A stretch of DNA of 64,000 bases from Alkalispirochaeta sp. GTDB lineage: Bacteria; Spirochaetota; Spirochaetia; DSM-27196; Alkalispirochaetaceae. Location of the stretch: contig OZ271854.1 of NCBI GenBank assembly GCA_965601925.1, positions 1,248,001 to 1,312,000 on the forward strand. Direction: 5' to 3'. This document shows positions 1 through 9,643 of this stretch, piece by piece. Under the pieces are notes generated by a model. That model saw nothing but the letters and a program-made list of their open reading frames with translations, searched no databases and was not told the origin of the DNA. A program made the position numbers and the translations under genes. Numbering within the stretch: the stretch's first letter is position 1; each line of letters begins with the position of its first letter.

Positions 1-10
1 GCTACGATGT

Positions 11-29
11 TTGTTTATTTATTATACAA
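11..29 (-). promoter_or_regulatory. AT-rich promoter/operator for a minus-strand gene left of the window
   Basis: ATTATA at 21-26 reads TATAAT on the minus strand and lies inside TTGT...ACAA inverted arms. Confidence 0.35.
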
Positions 30-193
30 ACTAAATATCGCACAGGATACCGTAAGATGAAAGGAAAAACACGTACGAGTCGTGCCCGTCGTCGTGTTCC
101 CGATTATGCTTCTCGATCTTCAGCGGTATCTCATTTCGCCGCCCCGGCGACGTCTCGACGGATTGCATCGCACCTCTCCTTCCGTCGCGTGAG

Positions 194-1213
194 CTACTTT
201 GAGACCATGTCGGCCATATGGTTGAGTGCGGTGGTCAAAAACTCCGACTTCCCGAAGCTTCCCGATTTGAGAACGACCATCATGCGGATAGCGCCGATGG
301 AAACGCCGACCGGCAGTCCCGGCTCGATCTGTTCCAATACGACGTTACCGCGCAAGCCGAGCGCCTCGCAGACGTGGTTCGACGTCTCTCCGCCGGCAAC
401 GATGAGCCGAGAAAACGGCTCCGTATCGTGTACCGCCCGCGCAATACCGCCCAGGGCGCGACTCACCGCTATGTTCGCGCCGATCTCGTCGACGCCGTTT
501 GCTGCAGCGGCGCGATAGGTACGCTCGATATCATCGGTCTGCGAACGGGTGTATACCAACACTCCCACACCGGCACGTATTGCCCGGCACGCCCTATCCA
601 CAATCTCGGCTTGATATTCATAGCGATCGGAGTCGAACAGACGAGGCCCTTCGAACGGTATCGAGCTCCCACCGGAGTCGATGAAGTGTGCGACCTGGGA
701 TTTTGTCTGGGGCGTTACGCTTCCTGCCACCAGCAACACGCCGCCGGCTATCGGAGGCAATGCGTATGATTGCATTCCGTAGGCGGGCGACGCGCGATAC
801 TTTGGAATCTCCTCGCCGATCGCGGAACTCCCGAACATACACCGCTCGCCGGCAAAGGCCTTTGCGAGGGTAGTAAGATCTCCTTGCGTCTCGCCGTCAC
901 AGAGCAAGTACCCGCCGACGGAACGCGCCTCCTCGGCGCGACGACGTATCGCCTCCTCTCCCGCGCGAATCGTATCGAGTGAGAGAAGATGAACCGGCCG
1001 CTCGGTTTGCGCTGAGAGAACGGCGACAAGATCGCTTTCGGTTGTCGGGTGTGCCGGGTCGGTCCTGAACGGCGACTCGTGAAGCGGTACTCCCCACACG
1101 AAGTGAATACCGTCTCGCGTCGTACGCCCGTTGTCGGGAAAGGCGGCGACCACGACTCGGGAGAGCCGCCTCCGAAAGCCGATGCGCAGCGGAGTGCGCG
1201 CTCCGCCGTACAA
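194..1213 (-). pseudogene. Four-carbon acid sugar kinase family (DUF1537), N-terminally truncated
   Basis: Has AFPDNGRTT, GSVTPQT, GGETS and LKSGSFG motifs; the family N-terminal DDxTG and KKxDSTLRG motifs are absent and the start is a weak TTG. Confidence 0.7.
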
Positions 1214-1352
1214 CGTTCATGTTTTGCGAGATAAGGTCTTGCGCGATCGACGCCGGTCGCGCTAATGTGGTGGTAGTGAGCGCAACGTGCGCTCGCAATA
1301 GATGACGCATTTCAACCGGATCGTTGTACCGGTCATGGACGGGAGGTACCGA

Positions 1353-1466
1353 ATGGCAAAGCTGAGCACTGTATTCGTCGCTTTTTACGATGGGTTCGTG
1401 CACGCCGAGTCACGCGGTTGCCTGATCCACGATTCAGGGTTGAGCCGAATCGTCAGATTTCCCTGA
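1353..1466 (+). CDS. Putative 37-aa leader peptide upstream of the ABC exporter
   Basis: GGGAGG at 1341-1346, ATG at 1353, reads MAKLSTVFVAFYDGFVHAESRGCLIHDSGLSRIVRFP then TGA; below the ORF-track size cut-off. Confidence 0.45.
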   Translation: MAKLSTVFVAFYDGFVHAESRGCLIHDSGLSRIVRFP

Positions 1467-1550
1467 CGATCTCCTCCTTATCGTTTTCAGAATCAGCAAC
1501 CACATAACTCGGAACGACGCACACGGCGCCTAAGCGTTGTCGTGTCATTT
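1405..1550 (+). promoter_or_regulatory. Structured leader (candidate attenuator)
   Basis: Imperfect 21-22 nt inverted repeat 1405-1426/1492-1512, inner hairpin ATCGTCAG/CTGACGAT 1449-1470, CTCCTCCTT 1471-1479, further hairpin 1516-1546. Confidence 0.5.
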
Positions 1551-1659
1551 GGGCACGGCTACACGTTTACGAGGTCGCCGTGTGGAGTGGGCCCGGGGGT
1601 CGAGTCGGGCGTGCGCGCGGTTACGCGCACGCGATGGTGAATGAGGGAGCAGAAACAGC

Positions 1660-3483
1660 ATGAAAGAGCAGGGTAATGTCGAACTACTGTGGCGTAGTAC
1701 CGCCGGCTTCCGTCGGTACTACGGTGTCGCAGCACTCGCGATGACGATCAGTACGGCGCTCTCCTACGCAGTGCCGCTGATCGTACGCTTTACGATTGAC
1801 TCCGTATTGGGCGGGGAACCGGCGAACATACCACCGGCGGTGGCAGCGCTCGCGGGACCGCTGTTCACTCCGGAGCGGCTACGGGCCGACCTGTGGATCG
1901 CCGCGTTGGTGATCATCGGGGCGACGGTGGTGGGAGGTGTATTTCAGTTCGTCCAACAGAAGCAGTCGGCGTTGGCGGCGGAGGGCATCGCACGGCGAAT
2001 GCGAGAACGCCTCTACGACCATCTGCAACACCTCTCCTACGCCTACCACGTACAGGCCGCGACCGGGGATCTCATCCAACGGTGTACCAGCGACGTCGAC
2101 ACGGTGAGACGGTTTCTCGCGGTGCAAATTATCGAGGTCGCCCGAGCACTCATCCTCTTGGCCACCGCCTACCCTCTACTGTGGCACCTCCACATCGGGC
2201 TGACGCTCGTGAGTGCGCCTCTGGTAGCCGTAATCTTCTTTCACGCTCTGCTCTTTTACGGCCGTGTCCAACGAGCGTTCAAAGAGAGCGACGAAGCGGA
2301 AGGGCGCTTCTCGACCGTACTCCAGGAAAACTTGACCGGGGTGCGGGTGGTACGCGCCTTCGGGCGCCAACGGTTCGAGGAGGCGAAGTTCGAGCGCAAA
2401 AACCGCGACTATCGCGATATCACGATGCGCATGGTTCACATCCTGGCGCGATATTGGGGGAGTTCCGACCTGTTGGCGATGAGTCAAATGTGCCTCGTCC
2501 TATTCGCCGGTACGTGGCTCGCCCTCTCTGAGGCGATCTCCATCGGCGATCTGGTGGTCTTTATCAGCGTAGACATGATGATCCTATGGCCGGTACGCCA
2601 ACTGGGACGCATCCTGGCCGACATGGGAAAGGCGACCGTCGCCGCCGGCCGAATCGGCGAGATACTGTCTGAGGAGACCGAATACCCATCCGAACCAGGA
2701 CTCACGCCGCCGATCGAGGGGCGCGTCGAGTTTCGAAACGTGCGCTTCTCATACGAAGACGGAAGAGAGGTGCTTAAGGGCATTAGCTTCGTCGCGGAAC
2801 GCGGTATGACCGTCGCCGTTCTCGGCCCGACGGGAAGCGGGAAAAGCTCCCTCATGCAGCTCCTCTCTCGGTTGTACGATTACACCTCCGGCTCGATCCT
2901 GGTGGACGGCGTTCCGCTTGCGGATATCGACAAGAAGTGGATACGCCGCCACGTCGCCTTCGTGCTCCAGGAGCCGTTTCTCTACGCCAAAACGGTGCGG
3001 GAGAACATCGGCTTGGCACGACGAACCAGTAGGGACGCGGAGATATTCGAGGCGGCGCGCGACGCGGCGGTACACACCGTGATCGAGAGGTTCGAACGGG
3101 GCTACGACACGCTCGTGGGGGAGCGGGGCGTGACGCTGTCCGGAGGTCAGAAGCAGCGAGTGGCAATCGCCCGGGCGCTGATTACCGGGAACCCGATCCT
3201 GGTGTTCGACGACAGTTTGAGCGCCGTCGACACCGAGACGGACATCGCCATACGTCGGGCGTTGGCGCGCCGTACCCGGCACGCGACGACGTTTATCATC
3301 AGCCATCGGGTAACGACGTTGGCGTCGGCGGATCTCATTCTGGTGATGGACGACGGACGGATCGTCCAGCGGGGAACACACGAGGAGCTCGTCTCTATCG
3401 ACGGGCTCTACCGAACGGTATGGAACATCCAGAACTCGCTCTCCGACGAGATGGAAAAGGAGCTCGACCGTGAGCACATTTGA
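1660..3483 (+). CDS. ABC exporter half-transporter (TMD+NBD), subunit 1 of a heterodimer
   Basis: Hydrophobic N-terminal domain, Walker A GPTGSGKS, LSGGQKQR, non-canonical Walker B LVFDD. Confidence 0.95.
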   Translation: MKEQGNVELLWRSTAGFRRYYGVAALAMTISTALSYAVPLIVRFTIDSVLGGEPANIPPAVAALAGPLFTPERLRADLWIAALVIIGATVVGGVFQFVQQKQSALAAEGIARRMRERLYDHLQHLSYAYHVQAATGDLIQRCTSDVDTVRRFLAVQIIEVARALILLATAYPLLWHLHIGLTLVSAPLVAVIFFHALLFYGRVQRAFKESDEAEGRFSTVLQENLTGVRVVRAFGRQRFEEAKFERKNRDYRDITMRMVHILARYWGSSDLLAMSQMCLVLFAGTWLALSEAISIGDLVVFISVDMMILWPVRQLGRILADMGKATVAAGRIGEILSEETEYPSEPGLTPPIEGRVEFRNVRFSYEDGREVLKGISFVAERGMTVAVLGPTGSGKSSLMQLLSRLYDYTSGSILVDGVPLADIDKKWIRRHVAFVLQEPFLYAKTVRENIGLARRTSRDAEIFEAARDAAVHTVIERFERGYDTLVGERGVTLSGGQKQRVAIARALITGNPILVFDDSLSAVDTETDIAIRRALARRTRHATTFIISHRVTTLASADLILVMDDGRIVQRGTHEELVSIDGLYRTVWNIQNSLSDEMEKELDREHI

Positions 3484-5299
3484 AGAACACGACTACAGCG
3501 GGCGTTTCGATTTCGGATTGTGGCGTAGACTTCTGCGCCACGCTGCGCCCTATCGCAAGCAGCTGATCGCCCTGGCGGCGGTTATGGTACTGGTGGCGCT
3601 CGTCGACGCGCTCTTTCCCATGATGAACCGCCGCGCAGTGGATGAGTTCATCGTGCCGGGAAAGACCGAGGGTCTCTTGGGCTTTCTGGGCCTGTACCTC
3701 GGCATGATCGTCGTCCAGGCGCTCAACGTGTATCTCCTCATCGCGTTGGCGGGGACGATCGAGATGGGACTGGTCCACGATCTCAGGCGCATCGGTTTCC
3801 GCCGTCTACAGGAGCTCTCGTTCAGCTACTTCGACCGCACTCCGGTGGGGTGGATCATGGCGCGGATGACATCGGACGCCCAGCGGCTGGGAGATACGAT
3901 CAGCTGGGGACTCGTCGACATCGTGTGGGGCGCGTGCATGATGGTGGCGATCGCGATCTTCATGTTCATCATGAACGCGCGCCTCGCATTGGTAGTCCTC
4001 ACGGTCATGCCGCCGTTGGTGTGGGTCAGTCTCTATTTCCAGCGCCGTATCCTGGCCGTGAACCGCGACGTCCGCAAGACCAACTCCCGAATCTCGGGGG
4101 CGTACAACGAAGGAATCACCGGCGCCAAGACGACGAAGACCTTGGTCCAGGAAGAGGCGAATCTCCAAGAGTTTCAGAAGCTAACCGGCCGTATGCGTCG
4201 CATGAGCGTCAGGATGGCGGTCTACAGTGGACTCTACCTCCCGATCGTACTGGCCTTGGGATCGGTGGGAACGGGGCTGGCGCTGTGGTCCGGCGGTGCG
4301 GCGGTCCTCGCCGGTACCGTCACCTACGGCACTCTCGTAGCGTTTATCGGATATACGGTGCAGTTCTTTGAACCGGTGCGCGAACTGGCGCGAGTGATTA
4401 CCGAGCTGCAAGCGGCCCAGGCGAGCGCAGAGCGGGTCATGACGCTCATCGAGACGGAACCGGAGATCCGCGACACACCCGAGGTCGAGGCTCGCTACGG
4501 CGACGCATTCTCGCCCCGCCTGGAGAACTGGGAGCGGCTCTCCGGTGCGATGGAGTTCCGTGACGTGAGCTTTCGCTACAAGGAGGGTGAGAGGGTACTG
4601 GAGCACTTCAATCTGAAGGTATCCCCGGGGCAGACGATCGCTCTGGTAGGCGAGACCGGCGGCGGCAAGAGCACGATCGTCAACCTCGCCTGCCGATTCT
4701 ACGAGCCGACCGAGGGTCAAATTCTCGTCGACGGCACCGACTATCGCGCGCGGTCGATCCTCTTTCATCAGTCCCATTTGGGATATGTGCTGCAGCAGCC
4801 GCACCTGTTCAGCGGTACGGTCAAAGAGAACATCCGCTACGGTCGACTCGAGGCCACCGATCGCGAGATAGAGGAGGCGGCTAAGATGGTGAACGCCCAC
4901 GACTTCATCATGCGTATGGAGGCGGGCTACGAGAGCGAGGTCGGCGAGGGAGGCGACCTCCTATCGACGGGGCAAAAGCAGCTGGTTAGCTTTGCCCGGG
5001 CGATTATCGCAAATCCGACGTTCTTCGTATTCGATGAGGCGACCAGTTCGGTGGATACCGAGACCGAACGGCTGATTCAGGACGCGGTCCAAACGGTCCT
5101 TACGGGACGAACGAGTTTTATTATCGCGCACCGCCTCTCGACGATCCGCAGGGCCGACCGGATTCTCGTGGTCGACGGAGGACGAATCGTAGAAGACGGG
5201 ACGCACGCCGAGCTCCTGTCCATGCGCGGTAGATACTACCGGCTCTATACGAGTCAGTTTCTCGAGGAGGAGCGCGAACACACGCTTTCGGGACGATAG
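3470..5299 (+). CDS. ABC exporter half-transporter (TMD+NBD), subunit 2 of a heterodimer
   Basis: Walker A GETGGGKS, degenerate signature LSTGQKQL, Walker B FVFDE, IAHRLSTI; overlaps the preceding gene. Confidence 0.95.
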   Translation: MSTFEEHDYSGRFDFGLWRRLLRHAAPYRKQLIALAAVMVLVALVDALFPMMNRRAVDEFIVPGKTEGLLGFLGLYLGMIVVQALNVYLLIALAGTIEMGLVHDLRRIGFRRLQELSFSYFDRTPVGWIMARMTSDAQRLGDTISWGLVDIVWGACMMVAIAIFMFIMNARLALVVLTVMPPLVWVSLYFQRRILAVNRDVRKTNSRISGAYNEGITGAKTTKTLVQEEANLQEFQKLTGRMRRMSVRMAVYSGLYLPIVLALGSVGTGLALWSGGAAVLAGTVTYGTLVAFIGYTVQFFEPVRELARVITELQAAQASAERVMTLIETEPEIRDTPEVEARYGDAFSPRLENWERLSGAMEFRDVSFRYKEGERVLEHFNLKVSPGQTIALVGETGGGKSTIVNLACRFYEPTEGQILVDGTDYRARSILFHQSHLGYVLQQPHLFSGTVKENIRYGRLEATDREIEEAAKMVNAHDFIMRMEAGYESEVGEGGDLLSTGQKQLVSFARAIIANPTFFVFDEATSSVDTETERLIQDAVQTVLTGRTSFIIAHRLSTIRRADRILVVDGGRIVEDGTHAELLSMRGRYYRLYTSQFLEEEREHTLSGR

Positions 5300-5372
5300 C
5301 GAACCGCCCTCAGAGGCGCAGCTCGCCGGTTACGCCGTCGACGAGGCACGTTGCGGCGTGCGGCGGCCCTCG

Positions 5373-5960
5373 CTACGGCGCGACACCGTTCCACAACAGG
5401 TCGATCAGCATCGAAATGTACGAATCGGCCGCCTCCCCGGAGGGATCCTCATTGAACATCTTCGCGTTGAAAGACCAGTTTCTCAGAGCCCCAAGCAAGG
5501 TGATCGTGAGAGCGGGAATGTTACACGGGGCGATGAGGCCGCGCTCACTGGCGCGACTGAGCCACCCGGAGAGCGCCTCAAAGGCGTGTGTCGGAGAGGA
5601 TGGTTGGCATCGCGCGAATACGCGTTCGGTGGAGATACCCGCTCCCTGTAGGAGAGTCAGCCCCTCGGCGAGAGTGGTAAAGAACCGCGATACGATCGTG
5701 GCGACCTCCTCGAGCTGTTCGCGCATCGGCCGCTCGTCGGGTCCGTTTTCGAGAACGGAGATCCACGCAGGCCGCTCCGGCGGGCCGAGCGCGGCGATCA
5801 TGAGCGCTTCTTTGGATCCGAAGCGGTTAAAGACCGTCGCGTGGCTGATGCCGAGCTCCCGAGCTATGGCGGACGTCGGAATACCGGTGCCGCAATGGAG
5901 GAACCGCCGCCGAGCTACGTCGAGAATCTCCTTGTCCGATACTTCTTTGGGGCGTGCCAT
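5373..5960 (-). CDS. TetR/AcrR family regulator
   Basis: N-terminal MARPK...IARELGISHATVFNRFGSKEAL helix-turn-helix. Confidence 0.9.
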   Translation of the reverse strand: MARPKEVSDKEILDVARRRFLHCGTGIPTSAIARELGISHATVFNRFGSKEALMIAALGPPERPAWISVLENGPDERPMREQLEEVATIVSRFFTTLAEGLTLLQGAGISTERVFARCQPSSPTHAFEALSGWLSRASERGLIAPCNIPALTITLLGALRNWSFNAKMFNEDPSGEAADSYISMLIDLLWNGVAP

Positions 5961-5999
5961 CGTTCTCTATCTTTCGTCGTACGGATTATACCATTGGGG

Positions 6000-7034
6000 C
6001 TATCGTTCGCGCGCGGCGCCGTCCAACACGTCGAATATCTGCGTAAAAAGCGCCTGCAGCGCGGCGTTGATTCGCTGCGAGTTCGATAATGCGGAGGTGA
6101 GCGCGCCGGCCTCGTCTATGTATGACGATACCAGCGGCGCGACCCTACGCTCCAGGGTGGCGGCTACCCCGGGTTCTCGGAGCATGGCAACGACCGACGA
6201 GACGATGGAGTCGCGATTGAGAGCGGCCGTGTCGATTGCGCCTTCTGAGGCGAACATGGCGTAGGCGAGATTGAACTCCCACGGCGTTGACGTGGCACCA
6301 TCGGAGCCTCCGTCGAGCGCGGAACGGATATCCAAGAGATCGTCCTGCAACTGGTACGCCCTTCCGAGCTGTATTCCGATGGAACGCAGAAGCGGGAGGT
6401 CCCCGTCGGGACCGTTGGCGAGTAGGCGAGCAAGCTCCATGGGAGCGGCAAACGTGTAGATGCCCGATTTTCTATCATACAAGTCGAGTAAGCGCGGAAA
6501 GATGTCTGCCGGCGTACCCTGGGGGATGAAGTGCATCTCCTCGAGTTGGGCGAGGCTCGTTATCGCCGCAACGTCGAGAATATGCTCCAGAAGATTCCGG
6601 CGAGTAACACCGGGGCCGTCACCGAGAAGCAGTCGCACTGCAAAGGTATACAGAAGATCGCCCGCCAGAACGCCCTTACCGACGTTCGAAGCGGTCGTCG
6701 CGTCGCCGCGCGAATGGTGAAAGGCCGCACCCTCACGCCGAACCTCGGCGTCATCGACGATATCGTCGTGTATCAAGGCACAATCGTGTAAGAGCTCGAT
6801 CGCCGCGGCAACCGCGAGCACCTCTTCGTCCAGGTCCACGCCGTACCCTTCCAACACGGTAAGAAAGAGTATGGGACGTAACCGTCGCCCCGGACGCACC
6901 ACAAACTCCCGTAAGTCCTCGCCGAACCCGGAGAGTGCACGATCGAAATCGTATCGCGCGTCGAAGCGTCGAAGCGCATCACGCAACGCGCGATCGATCA
7001 ACGCTCTTTTTCGGTCCCACGGTGTCATACGCAA
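6000..7034 (-). CDS. Polyprenyl (trans-isoprenyl diphosphate) synthetase family
   Basis: GRRLRP, FARM HDDIVD...RR, KS, SARM YQLQDDLLD; alternative ATG at 7028. Confidence 0.9.
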   Translation of the reverse strand: MRMTPWDRKRALIDRALRDALRRFDARYDFDRALSGFGEDLREFVVRPGRRLRPILFLTVLEGYGVDLDEEVLAVAAAIELLHDCALIHDDIVDDAEVRREGAAFHHSRGDATTASNVGKGVLAGDLLYTFAVRLLLGDGPGVTRRNLLEHILDVAAITSLAQLEEMHFIPQGTPADIFPRLLDLYDRKSGIYTFAAPMELARLLANGPDGDLPLLRSIGIQLGRAYQLQDDLLDIRSALDGGSDGATSTPWEFNLAYAMFASEGAIDTAALNRDSIVSSVVAMLREPGVAATLERRVAPLVSSYIDEAGALTSALSNSQRINAALQALFTQIFDVLDGAARER

Positions 7035-7149
7035 TCGTCCGCGTGTCTCGTATGGAAATCAATGGATGCCGACTGAACGTACGCGGCGCGGCCCAGCTCT
7101 CCGCGAACGGTCGGGAAAGCACGGAGTGCGGACGTCGACGCCACCGTAG

Positions 7150-8328
7150 TCATCGACTACTCCGAGCAGGACGGACTCGGGGGAGTCGTAGCGCGTGGCC
7201 AAGAAAAGCGAAAAAGTTCCGCGCGTTGAAGTTACGATATCCATTCATGAGGTAGTGCAGTCGCATGCCGAACCGTCCCTTTACCCGGAACCTCCCGAAC
7301 ACACGCCCGACGCTGATCTCGCTCAGGGGAATGACCCAGCCCAGGTCGACGGGCCTGAATCGCACCGGCTCCTTCCCGCGCACTCGCCGCGCGATATTGA
7401 GCCCGCCGTGCCGCCCGCCGTAGAGGGAAAAGTTGATCGCCCGACGCAGAACGGCCTCCCCGTCGCGAATCGCCGCACCGTCGCCGGCGACAAAGACCCC
7501 GGGATACCCCGGAATCTCCAGATTTTCGTCGACGAGTATCCGCCCGTCCCGAGCGCGTGGAACGTCATCCCCGAAGCCGTCCAACGCCTGCTCGGCCCCC
7601 GCCGCCCAACAGAAGAAGGGCCGCTCTATTCTAAGCTCCCCGTTTACAAGGAGCGTTCCGCCGGAGAACTCGTCGACGGTGCTGTCCAAGCGTATCGTGA
7701 TGTTTCGTCGATCAAGATACTCGGCGATGTACTCACGCTCTTCGCTCAGGAGGAAGGGCAGCAGGGCCGGCGCCTTCTCGACAACGGTAATCGGAACGTC
7801 GCTCCCCAGAAGATCGGCCCGATTCCGCAACGCCGTCGCCAACTCCAACCCGGTATAGCCGGCGCCGACGACGACCGCGTGGGGTTGCGCTGCGGTTTGA
7901 AGGTAATCGGTGAAGTCGTCCCGAACGCGCACCGCCTCCTCCAAAGAGGTCAACGTGTAGACCGTTTCACCCGGCGCCGTGAACCCGTAGAAACTCGGCT
8001 TCGATCCCGCGGCGAGGAGGAGATAATCGAACCGGTACGTGTCCCGCCGTCCCGTCGCCGTTCGCCCGTCCAAGTCGAGACGCTCGATCCGGTCGGTCGC
8101 GACCGTCACCCGCGACGGCAGGAGCGATTCGAGTTCCTCCCGCAAGTACTCGGGCGCGACACTCCCGGTCACGATATCCGGCAGGGCCGGAAGCATGGTG
8201 ATGTGGGGGCGTTGATCAACAAGAACGATCTCAACATCCGCGGCCCTCGTGTCACGAACGAGACGCTTTGCGGCCCACCACCCGGCAAAACCGCCTCCGA
8301 TAATCAGTATCTTTTTTTTGGCGACCAT
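7150..8328 (-). CDS. NDH-2-like FAD/NAD(P)H oxidoreductase
   Basis: Two Rossmann motifs IIGGGFAG and VVGAGYTGLELA, WAAG, VFVAGD. Confidence 0.85.
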   Translation of the reverse strand: MVAKKKILIIGGGFAGWWAAKRLVRDTRAADVEIVLVDQRPHITMLPALPDIVTGSVAPEYLREELESLLPSRVTVATDRIERLDLDGRTATGRRDTYRFDYLLLAAGSKPSFYGFTAPGETVYTLTSLEEAVRVRDDFTDYLQTAAQPHAVVVGAGYTGLELATALRNRADLLGSDVPITVVEKAPALLPFLLSEEREYIAEYLDRRNITIRLDSTVDEFSGGTLLVNGELRIERPFFCWAAGAEQALDGFGDDVPRARDGRILVDENLEIPGYPGVFVAGDGAAIRDGEAVLRRAINFSLYGGRHGGLNIARRVRGKEPVRFRPVDLGWVIPLSEISVGRVFGRFRVKGRFGMRLHYLMNGYRNFNARNFFAFLGHALRLPRVRPARSSR

Positions 8329-8550
8329 CTCGCCTCCCTCGGTTCCATATACATGAGTTTCTGACCGGTTGGAAAATAATTATCGTGACACCGCCGGTCA
8401 ACCGATCGAACCCGAGCGACGTTCTTGAACGGTGGGCATTGAGCACGCTCGGCGATCTCGATGCGTTACGGAACGCCGTTCCGATTCACGATACCGACGG
8501 CAAAACGAGAGTATTTTTCATATTGAATGTGAATTGAGTATTATAGTTCC

Positions 8551-8964
8551 ATGCAACGGTTCGTCTGTATCGTAGGTTTGACGGTAATGGCTACGGGGCT
8601 TCTTGCATATGAAGAGAGTCTGGATTACGCCCAGGTCACCCGGGTCGAGGCACACGAGACCGCCGAAGGAGTGTGGCGATTTTCGGTGACGGTACGTCAC
8701 GCCGACACCGGATGGGACCACTACGCCGACGAGTGGCAGGTAGTCGATCCGGCCAGCGGCGCAGTTCTCGCGCGGCGCGTCCTCGCACATCCGCACGTAG
8801 AGGAACAGCCCTTCACACGCAGCCAGTCGGGTATCGAGATTCCCGCGGAGGTAACGACGGTGATGGTGCGCGCGAAGTGCAATGTTCACGGGTTCGGCGG
8901 GCGCGAAGTCGTGCTCGACCTTACCTCTCGCGGCGGCGAGGGCTACGAGGTGCGACGTCGGTGA
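8551..8964 (+). CDS. Secreted His-rich protein, possibly a superoxide-reductase-like metal site
   Basis: Signal peptide; HADTGWDHY, HPH and CNVHG motifs. Confidence 0.75.
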   Translation: MQRFVCIVGLTVMATGLLAYEESLDYAQVTRVEAHETAEGVWRFSVTVRHADTGWDHYADEWQVVDPASGAVLARRVLAHPHVEEQPFTRSQSGIEIPAEVTTVMVRAKCNVHGFGGREVVLDLTSRGGEGYEVRRR

Positions 8965-9574
8965 CGCGTACCCCGAGCCGCAGCAACGCTCCCTTCGTCG
9001 CCGACTGAGCGTGCGCGGCGCCGACCGAAAGCCGATACGAGTACCCACTCATCTCGAAACCCACCGCTTCGGTCGATGAGCCGTCGGTCAAGCCGGGTAT
9101 GGGAAATCCGTACGCCACGGCAGGAGCCGGCGGATCGAGAGAACGGCCCATCAGCACTTGTCGTGAGACCGGCCGACCCGCCATGGCCTCGGTGAAATAG
9201 GTCCTGTCACCCCGAAAGCCCGATCCCGTGGAACCGTCCCTCAGGACGAATTGCGTGCCCTCTCCGTCGATCGAGTACAGGGTATACATGTAGTCGTTCA
9301 GTGCGGTGAATCCACCGGCAAATGCGTCGGCGTGGGCACGCGGATCCATGGCGCGTACACCCGCGTTCAACCGGATCGCGTCGGCGGAACGGATGATCGT
9401 CTCTTCCCAACGCCTCACCTCGGCGGCGACGTTCTCCGCGGTCTCTTTGACGTCCGAGAGGGCGTGCTCGAGAAGAACCGCCCGGGCGCGGAGAGTGAGA
9501 AACAAAATCAAAACAGAAAAGATAAAGGCGCCGAACAGCGCCGTGAGCAAAGTAAGACGGTTACTTATCGACAT
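8921..9574 (-). pseudogene. Truncated Cache-domain sensor (chemoreceptor/kinase N-terminus)
   Basis: One TM helix then Cache-like DRTYFTEAMAG...VAYGFPI; no second TM or output domain; tail overlaps the convergent gene. Confidence 0.6.
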
Positions 9575-9643
9575 GGATTACCTACCTATCTCAAGAACAT
9601 CACGGTACGACGAAAAATAGGTGGTATATACAACGATCGGCGG

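Noticed and set aside
7195..8364. 389-aa plus-strand ORF and similar long antisense ORFs (19130-20170, 41898-43445, 45082-46239, 48645-49718, 32156-33157)
   Set aside because: Shadow frames opposite well-supported genes, expected in high-GC DNA; no motifs
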